A stretch of DNA of 64,000 nucleotides from Candidatus Eiseniibacteriota bacterium. GTDB lineage: Bacteria; Eisenbacteria; RBG-16-71-46; SZUA-252. A program made the translations under genes and the position numbers. Positions 30,166-37,569 of this stretch are shown here, piece by piece (the first letter of the stretch is position 1; the number at the start of each line of letters is the position of its first letter). The stretch is taken from NCBI GenBank assembly GCA_031370645.1, contig JANMQV010000152.1, forward strand, positions 64,001 through 128,000, written 5' to 3'. Below the pieces are notes generated by a model, which saw only the letters and a program-made list of their open reading frames with translations, was not told where the DNA came from and did not search any database.

Positions 30166-30261
30166 GACCACCGGTGCGGGCCGGCGCTGCGCCATTGCAT
30201 TTCGGCGCCCCGCGCCATTCGACGCCAATCCACGGAAGCAGGAACAGCAAGGAGCGACGCC

Positions 30262-31377
30262 ATGGTGGTGGTCAGCTATTCGGGGCGGGAGATCAACGCC
30301 AAGATCGTTTATTACGGCCCCGGTCTCTGCGGGAAGACGACGAACCTCGAGAAGATCTACGACAGCGTCCCCGAGACCCACCGCGGCCGCATGGTGTCGA
30401 TGAAGACCCAGACGGATCGCACGCTCTTCTTCGATCTCCTTCCGCTCGACTTGGGCGAACTGCAGGGGATGAAGACGCGTTTTCTTCTCTACACGGTGCC
30501 GGGTCAGGTCTACTACAACGCCACGCGAAAGCTCGTGCTGAAGGGCGTCGATGCCGTCGTCTTCGTCGCCGACTCTTCGCCCGACAAGATGGCCGAAAAT
30601 CGCGAGTCGCTGTCGAACCTCGAAGCGAACTTGAAGGCCTACGGCCTCGACCTGAAGACCATTCCTTGGGTCCTCCAGTACAACAAGCGAGACCTTCCGA
30701 ATGCGCTCACCGTCGAGGAGATGGACAAAGAACTGAACAAATACAGCGTCCCGACCTACGAGGCACAGGCGGTGAACGGCGGCGGCGTCTTCGAGACGCT
30801 CCGCGGGATCAGCAAGCTCCTCCTGGCCAAGATTTCGAAGGACGTCACGGAACGGGATCGGGGAAGCCTCGGCGGAACGCCCCGGGTAGCTGACGGGAAG
30901 GCGGAACGGAAGCCGGCAGTCGCCGACGAGGCCCCGATTTCGAAGTCGGCTCCCGCGCCGAGAGCGCCGGTCGTATCGAGCGCGCCCGCGGAGCCAGAGT
31001 TTCTCCCCGAGAACGCGTTGCTCGACGAACCGTCTCCCATGCGCGTGGAGCCGGCCCCGAGCGCGGCGGACGAGGCGCTCGTCCTCAATGACGCCGACTT
31101 CGTCCGGGAAGGGGACGCCGGCCCGGCCTCCCGCACGGGCGGCGGCGAAGACGGCTTCGAGCGCGACGCGTCGTACGAGTATCGCGACGGACACGAGGGA
31201 GACCTGTCGAACGCCCGGCGGATCACGGTCCCAATCGACCTCGGCAAGTTCCCGCCCTCCGGGAAGCTCAGGGTCACGTTCGAAGTTCGCATCGAGCTCG
31301 ACGAGGAGCCGAAGGTCGCGTCGAAGAAGAAGAAGGGGAACTCCGAGTTCTACCAGGAACTCGATCGGACGCGCTGA
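30262..31377 (+). CDS. mglA: MglA-family small GTPase with long C-terminal extension
   Basis: KIVYYGPGLCGKTTNL, DRTLFFD, YTVPGQ, QYNKRDL; about 175 extra C-terminal residues. Confidence 0.92.
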   Translation: MVVVSYSGREINAKIVYYGPGLCGKTTNLEKIYDSVPETHRGRMVSMKTQTDRTLFFDLLPLDLGELQGMKTRFLLYTVPGQVYYNATRKLVLKGVDAVVFVADSSPDKMAENRESLSNLEANLKAYGLDLKTIPWVLQYNKRDLPNALTVEEMDKELNKYSVPTYEAQAVNGGGVFETLRGISKLLLAKISKDVTERDRGSLGGTPRVADGKAERKPAVADEAPISKSAPAPRAPVVSSAPAEPEFLPENALLDEPSPMRVEPAPSAADEALVLNDADFVREGDAGPASRTGGGEDGFERDASYEYRDGHEGDLSNARRITVPIDLGKFPPSGKLRVTFEVRIELDEEPKVASKKKKGNSEFYQELDRTR

Positions 31378-31416
31378 TCCGCGCGCCGCGAGGCGTCTGT
31401 TCGACCATGAATCGAG

Positions 31417-31441
31417 AAAAGGCCCCGATCGGGGCCTTTTT
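31417..31441. terminator. Intrinsic, potentially bidirectional terminator after mglA
   Basis: AAAAGGCCCC-GATC-GGGGCCTTTTT. Confidence 0.85.
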
Positions 31442-31444
31442 CCG

Positions 31445-31473
31445 TTGACCTCCGCGCTCCAGGTTTCTAGGCT
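31445..31473 (+). promoter_or_regulatory. Sigma70 promoter, probably leaderless TPR gene
   Basis: TTGACC-N17-TAGGCT, then 6 nt to the GTG at 31480. Confidence 0.65.
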
Positions 31474-31479
31474 CCGCGC

Positions 31480-32505
31480 GTGGATCGAGCGCTCCCTCTC
31501 CCTCTCGCCGAAAACGCCGTCACGAGCGATGAGTCGCGCGCGGGGGACCGCCTCGCGCTCGCCGAGCGCCTCGCCGAGAGCACGTCCAATCCCGAAGCGA
31601 TGCTTCAGGCCGCCCGTTTCTTCGCGCTCGAGGGGCTTCGGGATCGCGCGATCGATACACTTCGTCAGGCCATGCTCGCCCATCCGCGCAACGTCGAGAT
31701 TCTCTCGCTCCTGGCCGACCTCCTCTCGCGGGGAGGATCGTTCGAGGACGCCGACCAGGTCTTCCGCCAGGCGCTCGATCTCACTCCGACGCACGCCGAG
31801 ACGTGGTATCGCCGCGGTCTTCACGCCGGGCGGCAGGGCTTCGCGGCCGCCGCGCGAGAGGCTTACGAGGAGGTCGTGCGCCTCGACGAGCGCCATGTTC
31901 GCGCCTGGGTGAACGTCGGCCTCGCGCGCGCCGATCTGGGCGACCGCCGGGCGGCCGTCCGCGCCTTGGAACGCGCTGTCGTCGTCGATCCCGCTTGCAC
32001 CGAGGCGCACACGAACCTCGGCATTCTCTACATGGAGGGGGGGCTCCGCGAGGAGGCCGTTGCCGAGTTCCGCGACGCCGTCCGCCTCAGTCCCGAGAGC
32101 GGGGAGACGCACTTCAATCTTGGCTGGGCGCTCCTCGCCCATGAGGAGTTGGAACAGGCCGAAGGGTCGCTCGAAGCGGCCACGCGAATCGATCCGCGAA
32201 ACCCCGAGGGGCTCTATGCGCTGGCGCTCCTGCATCTCAAGGTGGGGAAGAACGCCGCCGCCGTGGCCGATTTGAAGGCGGCGATCGCGCTCCGCCCCGA
32301 CGACGGGCGCTTTCATTATCATCTCGCCGTCGCCTACAACAATCTCGACGCGGTCGATCAGACGATCCTGGCGCTCGAGACCGCCGCGCGGCTCGTTCCC
32401 GACGATCCGCGCATCCACCGGCTTCTTGGCGTGGCCTTCGACAAAAAGGAGCTTCCCGCGCGCGCGCGCGAGGCCTATCGGCGCGCGGCGGCCCTCGGCG
32501 AATGA
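31480..32505 (+). CDS. TPR-repeat protein
   Basis: Multiple 34-aa repeats (AWVNVG, AHTNLG, THFNLG, FHYHLA). Confidence 0.9.
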   Translation: MDRALPLPLAENAVTSDESRAGDRLALAERLAESTSNPEAMLQAARFFALEGLRDRAIDTLRQAMLAHPRNVEILSLLADLLSRGGSFEDADQVFRQALDLTPTHAETWYRRGLHAGRQGFAAAAREAYEEVVRLDERHVRAWVNVGLARADLGDRRAAVRALERAVVVDPACTEAHTNLGILYMEGGLREEAVAEFRDAVRLSPESGETHFNLGWALLAHEELEQAEGSLEAATRIDPRNPEGLYALALLHLKVGKNAAAVADLKAAIALRPDDGRFHYHLAVAYNNLDAVDQTILALETAARLVPDDPRIHRLLGVAFDKKELPARAREAYRRAAALGE

Positions 32506-33362
32506 CGCCGGCCGGAGCGACCGGCACGGCCGGAACGCCCCGGCGAATCGCTGCCGCGTTCACCGCCGCCCGCGGCTCCGGGCGCGGCGGATTCATCCCC
32601 TACCTCACCTCCGGATTCCCGACCCTCGCCGAATCGGATCGTCTCGCCGCCTCGCTCTGCGAAGAAGGGGCCGACGTGCTCGAGCTCGGCGTCCCCTTTT
32701 CGGATCCGCTCGCCGACGGTCCGATCATTCAGCAGACGACGCAGGTCGCGCTCGAGGCGGGCACCACGCTCGCGCACGTGCTGGGCCAGGCGCTTCGGCT
32801 CCGAGCGCGGCATGACACACCGATCGTCCTCATGACCTACTTGAACCCGGTATCACGATACGGATCGCGGCGCTTCGCCGAGGACGCCGCCGCGGCGGGG
32901 GTGGATGGAATCATCGTCGTCGATCTCCCTCCGGAGGAAGAGCCCGAGACGTGGGCGGCCTTCGACGACGCCGACATCGACACGATCGCGCTCGTGGCGC
33001 CGACGACGGGCGGCGAGCGCCTCGCGACCATCGCCGCACGCGCGCGCGGATTTCTCTATGTCGTCGCGCGGCTCGGCGTGACGGGGCAGGGCGGAGGAGA
33101 CTCAGGCGCGATCGAATTGCTCGATCGCTGCGGGCGCGCCACGCGGCTTCCGCGCGCGCTCGGTTTCGGCATGACGCCGGAAACCGACCTCGCGCCCTAT
33201 CACGGGCACGCGGAGGGAATCGTCGCGGGATCATCGCTTCTTGATCCGCTGCTCTCGTCCTGGAAACGGGACGGCGCGGGCGGGGCCGCCGCGCGTGAGG
33301 AGATCCTGCGCGGAATGGCTCGCCGCTTCCGCGCGAACGTGGGCGGATGGCGCTCCGCCTAG
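32502..33362 (+). CDS. trpA: Tryptophan synthase alpha-chain homolog (stand-alone here)
   Basis: LELGVPFSDPLADGPIIQ, LMTYLNP, DLPPEE, LVAPTT, GVTG, GFG. Confidence 0.88.
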   Translation: MTPAGATGTAGTPRRIAAAFTAARGSGRGGFIPYLTSGFPTLAESDRLAASLCEEGADVLELGVPFSDPLADGPIIQQTTQVALEAGTTLAHVLGQALRLRARHDTPIVLMTYLNPVSRYGSRRFAEDAAAAGVDGIIVVDLPPEEEPETWAAFDDADIDTIALVAPTTGGERLATIAARARGFLYVVARLGVTGQGGGDSGAIELLDRCGRATRLPRALGFGMTPETDLAPYHGHAEGIVAGSSLLDPLLSSWKRDGAGGAAAREEILRGMARRFRANVGGWRSA

Positions 33363-34186
33363 TCGGCCGGCGGCTCTTCGCGCTTGCGCTTCTCGTAAGA
33401 CCGCTCAATCTCGTCGCCATCGGCTTCGCCGCGTGGGTCGGGGCGCGCCTCGCCTCGCGCGAGATCGGGGTCGCGACGCTTCTCGTTCCGGTGATGATCG
33501 GCGCCTTCGGCTACGCGCGAAACGACGCCACCGACTTGAGCGCGGACCAACTCAATCGCCCCCTGCGGCCGGTCCCGTCGGGAGCGGTCTCCGCGCGCGC
33601 GGCTTCGATCGTCGCCTGGAGCGCGCTCGCCATCGCGGGCGCGCTTCTGCTCGTGGAATCGCACCCTCCCGTCCTGTGGGGGATCGCGATCGCCGCCGCC
33701 CTCGCGCTCTACCTCTACAGCCCGTGGCTCAAGGACCGCGGCGCCGCGGGACCGCTTGCGATCGCCGCTCTCACCGTCCTCGCGGTGCTCTGGGGCGCCC
33801 AGGGCGCGCCGCGTTTCGAGCTCAGCCTCTTGACGGGACTCTTGGCCGGCGCCGCGCAATTCGCCCGCGAGTGCGTAAAGCAGTTGGAAGACGCGCCGGG
33901 GGACGAAACCGCCGGAAGAACGACGTGGGCGGTACGAAGCGGAAGCGTGGTGGTGACGCGCGCCGCGAGAATGGGTCTCATCGCGGCCCTTCTCCTCGTC
34001 CCTCTGCTGAAGACGGGGGGCGGCCTCGATGCAGGGAGGTCGACGATCGCGCTCCCCGCCGCGGCGCTTCTCCTTCTCTTCCCGCTCTTCGCCCTGGGCG
34101 CGAAGTCTCCTCGCTACCGAATGATCTCGAGGGGAATCAAGGTGGCGCTCTTCGGCGGACTCGTAGCGCTCGCGGTTTCGGCGTAG
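33347..34186 (+). CDS. UbiA-family prenyltransferase, DGGGP-synthase-like
   Basis: RPLN, NDATDLSADQLNRPLRPVPSG, ARECVKQLEDAPGD; multiple TM helices. Confidence 0.85.
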   Translation: MALRLVGRRLFALALLVRPLNLVAIGFAAWVGARLASREIGVATLLVPVMIGAFGYARNDATDLSADQLNRPLRPVPSGAVSARAASIVAWSALAIAGALLLVESHPPVLWGIAIAAALALYLYSPWLKDRGAAGPLAIAALTVLAVLWGAQGAPRFELSLLTGLLAGAAQFARECVKQLEDAPGDETAGRTTWAVRSGSVVVTRAARMGLIAALLLVPLLKTGGGLDAGRSTIALPAAALLLLFPLFALGAKSPRYRMISRGIKVALFGGLVALAVSA

Positions 34187-34198
34187 GGGAGGGAAAAA

Positions 34199-35224
34199 CT
34201 AGAAACCGAAGATGGGCAGATTCGAAATCTGCCAGAGACTCCGCACGCCGCCCCGTCCCTGGGACGAGACGATGAGCCCCTGTCCATCGGGCGTCCACGT
34301 CGGCGTGAAGACCGAGCCGTCCGAGTCGTCGAAGGAAACCAGGACGAGCCCGTTCGCCTCGCCGGTCGGCTTCACGACCCAGAGGCCCCAGCGATTCGTT
34401 CGATCCGAAGTGAACACGATCCGCCCGCCGTCGGGGCTCCACCGGGGGCCGTAGTCGTGACCGGCGCCGGTCGTGATCTGCGTCGGGAGGGAGTCGCCCG
34501 CCGCCAAATTCAGCGTGTAGATGTGGCGGGTCAGGTCGGTCGCGTTCTCGACGCTGAAGGTGAGCTTCTGCCCGGTCGGGTCCCAGTCGGGTTCGCCGCA
34601 GCGGAGCGTATCGGGCGTGAGGTAGATCCGCTGGAAGGGGACGGCCGCCGTATCGGGGACGAGGACGACGCGGCCCCGGATGTCGGCGCTTCCCGGGGTC
34701 GCGCTGAGATTGTCGTACTCGATGTATGCGAAGCCCGGGGAGCCCGGACGCGGCGCGGGGGCGCTTTCATTGGACGGAAACGTGGTGAAACGGCGATCGA
34801 CATCGGTGTCGAGGTCGCGATACCAGATGTCGTAGGTACCGTTTCGATTCGACTGGTAGATCACCGTCTGGGAGCGAACCCAGCGGGGCCGGAAATCGAC
34901 CCACGAAGCCGGACCCGGATAGTTGAGCACGAGCGAGGAACTGCCGTCCGCCAAGATGACCGCGAGGCGCGGCCGCCCATCGATCCCGAGCGAATTGAAG
35001 ATGATCGAGTCGCCGCGAACGTCCGGGTAGAGGCACTCATCGAACGACGTGGGGGTGAGCCGCGCCCACTGAGCGCCCGTCAGCGGCGGCTCGGTCACGC
35101 CTTTTCCGTCGCACGAGACGAGCGAGAACGCCAGCACGCCCGCGGCCGCGAACTTCAGCCACGCGTTTCGGAATCCCCCTCCTCCACTCGCACGAATCAC
35201 CATGGGGCGGCACGTTACCACCAC
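34199..35224 (-). CDS. TolB-like (PD40 propeller) lipoprotein; start uncertain
   Basis: Lipobox-like SLVSC; PRWSPDGGRIVFTSDR, PTWTPDG. Confidence 0.8.
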   Translation of the reverse strand: MVVTCRPMVIRASGGGGFRNAWLKFAAAGVLAFSLVSCDGKGVTEPPLTGAQWARLTPTSFDECLYPDVRGDSIIFNSLGIDGRPRLAVILADGSSSLVLNYPGPASWVDFRPRWVRSQTVIYQSNRNGTYDIWYRDLDTDVDRRFTTFPSNESAPAPRPGSPGFAYIEYDNLSATPGSADIRGRVVLVPDTAAVPFQRIYLTPDTLRCGEPDWDPTGQKLTFSVENATDLTRHIYTLNLAAGDSLPTQITTGAGHDYGPRWSPDGGRIVFTSDRTNRWGLWVVKPTGEANGLVLVSFDDSDGSVFTPTWTPDGQGLIVSSQGRGGVRSLWQISNLPIFGF

Positions 35225-35308
35225 GGCCCTTGCATCACAAGGCCGTGGCTCGATCGGGCCCTGCCTCGCGCTTCGTGATTCGCCCGTCGTTCCGCTCGGT
35301 TTCGCCGT

Positions 35309-35335
35309 TCAGATGGGCTCCCGCCCTGCCGATCT
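35309..35335 (+). promoter_or_regulatory. Candidate sigma28-type promoter of the csrA operon
   Basis: TCAG-N15-GCCGATCT; the -35 is degenerate. Confidence 0.4.
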
Positions 35336-35407
35336 CTGATCGGGACGGGAGAAGGGCGCGCGTTGGCCGGTGAGACGCGCGTCGCCCTGCTCCGCCGAAC
35401 CTGAACC

Positions 35408-35422
35408 CCAGCAGGATGCTGG
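35408..35422 (+). promoter_or_regulatory. CsrA-binding hairpin in the csrA leader
   Basis: CCAG-CAGGATG-CTGG: GGA in a hairpin loop, matching the CsrB-type CAGGAUG repeat. Confidence 0.6.
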
Positions 35423-35438
35423 AGAAATCGAGGGCACG

Positions 35439-35693
35439 ATGCTCCTCCTGACACGAAAGCTCGGCGAGAATATCCGGATCGGCGACGACGTGAAGATCAC
35501 GATCGTCGAAGTGAAGGGAAATCACGTGAAACTCGGAATCGACGCACCGCCGAGCGTGAAGGTCCATCGCGAGGAGATCTACGAGCGCATCCAGGCGGAG
35601 AATCGCCGCCTACGCGACGCTCAGACCCCGAACGGCGGCGCCACTGGCGGCGCCCCTCCGACGCGTGACGGCGAAAACAACGGCCAGGCGTAA
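35439..35693 (+). CDS. csrA: Carbon storage regulator CsrA
   Basis: [25 protein letters not shown]...VKLGIDAP...VHREEIY. Confidence 0.96.
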   Translation: MLLLTRKLGENIRIGDDVKITIVEVKGNHVKLGIDAPPSVKVHREEIYERIQAENRRLRDAQTPNGGATGGAPPTRDGENNGQA

Positions 35694-36057
35694 GCGGCCG
35701 GCCGCGCGGAAGCGCCGGCGAACCGGCCCGCGCCGCCGCGATCTCCGCGACGTCATGGGCCGGTGGCTCGAGCGTGGCGATCAGGTGACCGCCCTCTTCG
35801 AGTGCGCGCTCCGGGGCTGCCTTCTCGGGGATCGCCAGGTGACGGAAGAATCGATCTACGAACTGATGCGTGCTCTTGACTCCCAGGGACGGGCCGCGGG
35901 GAATCGGGTGCTGGAGCACTTCGATACCTGCCTCACGGATGTGGCGGAGGGCGAATTCGAGGACGTGTTCCAGGCGCTCTCGATGCTCCGTGACCACTGG
36001 GTCGAAGCGCTCGACGCGCTTCGGAGGGACTATCGCCGTGCCGACCGCCTCCACTAA
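35665..36057 (+). CDS. Divergent FliS-like helical protein
   Basis: Helical pattern LFECALRGC...IYELMRALD...[18 protein letters not shown] resembles the FliS LRxxW end; adjacent to csrA. Confidence 0.5.
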   Translation: MTAKTTARRKRPAARKRRRTGPRRRDLRDVMGRWLERGDQVTALFECALRGCLLGDRQVTEESIYELMRALDSQGRAAGNRVLEHFDTCLTDVAEGEFEDVFQALSMLRDHWVEALDALRRDYRRADRLH

Positions 36058-36235
36058 AGACCGGCCCCACGTGAACGAGGCCGACATGAACGGGCGCATC
36101 GAACTCGCCCGCCGCCGGATTTCCGAGGGCTTCTACAATCGCCCCGAGGTCCGCCGGACCGTTGCCACGCTCCTCCTCAGCGACCTGGCGCGCGCCAAGC
36201 GCCCGGCTGGAAGTTCCCGCCCCGAAACCGCTTGA
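36038..36235 (+). CDS. FlgM-like (anti-sigma28 C-terminal domain) small protein
   Basis: GGAGG RBS and GTG; RIELARRRISEGFYNRPEVRRTVATLLL resembles the FlgM R-x-I-xx-G-x-Y...A motif. Confidence 0.55.
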   Translation: MPTASTKDRPHVNEADMNGRIELARRRISEGFYNRPEVRRTVATLLLSDLARAKRPAGSSRPETA

Positions 36236-36369
36236 CCCCCGTCTCCAACGACTGGTAAATATGTAGCCACCTACCGCCACGCCCTATTGGGGGCGGGTGA
36301 ATCGACCGTTCGCCGTCTGGCACCTGGGGGCTCAAGGATGACGCCACCGCCCGGCTGGGAAGCCGCCTG

Positions 36370-37569
36370 TTGAGAGCTCGCCCCGCCCTTACCACTCCGA
36401 CCGCCGAAAGCGGACCTCCCCCTTCCACGACGCTGGAAGTGGCCTGGAGCTTCCTCAGACACGCTCAGATGGGCGTTCTGGCGGCCAACCGCCAGGGGAA
36501 GATCGTCGCCTCCAATCCCGCCGCCGCGAAGCTCCTGGGCTTCGAGCAGGCCGATCTGGAAGGCGAGGACGCGTCGCGGGTGTTTCGGGCTCCGCGAGGC
36601 GATGGTCATCTTCAGCCAGGGGCCACCGCCGCCGCCACCGAGCCGCAGGAAGTGGAGGTCGTGACGAGGGCGGGGGACGTCCTCCCGGTCGCGCTTCGCC
36701 TCCTGCCGCTCGAAGGGCTCGACGGCGCGCTCCACGGCACGGTGGCGGTCTTCCAGGACCTCCGAGAGCAGAAAGCGCGCGAGGAGCAGTGGCGCCGCCG
36801 CGACCGCCTCGCCTCTCTGGGAGAACTCTCCGCGGGAGTGGCCCACGAGATTCGAAATCCGCTCACCGGGATCGCCACGTCGGCCCAGATTCTCCGCCGC
36901 CGAGTGGAAAGCGGCGATCCACGGGGGCAGTTCGTCGACTTGATCCTCGAGGAGTCGGCGCGCCTGGAGCGGATCGTGGAAGGGCTCCTCCAATTCGCGC
37001 GTCCCGCCGCACCCCGCCTGGAGCGCCAGAACGTCGTTCCCGCGCTCGACAAGGCGCTCACGCTGGTTCACGAATTGGCGGTGCGGCAAGACGTGCTCCT
37101 CCACGTGGAGCGATCGGCCGAGGTGCCGCCCGTCTTCGTCGATGTCGATCAGGTCCTCCAAGTACTCCTGAACGTCCTCATGAACGCCCTTCAAGCCCTC
37201 GCGAAGGGGGGCGAGATTCGCGTCACGATCCGTCCCGCGCGGAAACGCGCCGCCGCCCGCAGCAGCATCGGCCGGCGCGCCACCGATCAGTTGGAGCCGG
37301 CCGCGGACTTGCCGCTCCTCGACGTCGTGGAAATCCGAGTACAAGACAACGGGCCGGGCATTCCGGCCGCTGACCTCGCGCGCGTCTTCGATCCCTTCTA
37401 CACGACGCGCGCCCAGGGGACCGGCCTGGGGCTCAGCATCTGTCAGAGCATCATTCGGGAGCATGGCGGTACCATCACGATCGAAAGCGTCGTGGGGCAG
37501 GGAACCGCCGTGATCATCGATCTACCCGTGGAGAAGAGACATGGAGACAGACGTCGCGACCCTCGTTAG
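36370..37569 (+). CDS. Cytoplasmic PAS-HisKA-HATPase sensor kinase; start uncertain
   Basis: NPAAAKLLG PAS, AHEIRNPL, QVLLN, DNGPG, GTGLGL; no TM segment. Confidence 0.93.
   Translation: MRARPALTTPTAESGPPPSTTLEVAWSFLRHAQMGVLAANRQGKIVASNPAAAKLLGFEQADLEGEDASRVFRAPRGDGHLQPGATAAATEPQEVEVVTRAGDVLPVALRLLPLEGLDGALHGTVAVFQDLREQKAREEQWRRRDRLASLGELSAGVAHEIRNPLTGIATSAQILRRRVESGDPRGQFVDLILEESARLERIVEGLLQFARPAAPRLERQNVVPALDKALTLVHELAVRQDVLLHVERSAEVPPVFVDVDQVLQVLLNVLMNALQALAKGGEIRVTIRPARKRAAARSSIGRRATDQLEPAADLPLLDVVEIRVQDNGPGIPAADLARVFDPFYTTRAQGTGLGLSICQSIIREHGGTITIESVVGQGTAVIIDLPVEKRHGDRRRDPR

Noticed and set aside
30079-32418. 779-aa minus-strand ORF and many other long overlapping ORFs
   Set aside because: Antisense or alternate-frame shadows of clear genes in high-GC DNA; no motifs.
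32502-33362. TIM-barrel gene as a GGGP synthase partner for the DGGGPS-like gene
   Set aside because: Motifs are clearly those of TrpA, not PcrB/GGGPS.
36232-36261. TTGACC...TAAATA as the kinase promoter
   Set aside because: The -10 lacks the conserved final T; too weak to call.
36318-36333. TGGCAC upstream of the sensor kinase as a sigma54 promoter
   Set aside because: GG-to-GC spacing is 9, not the required 10.
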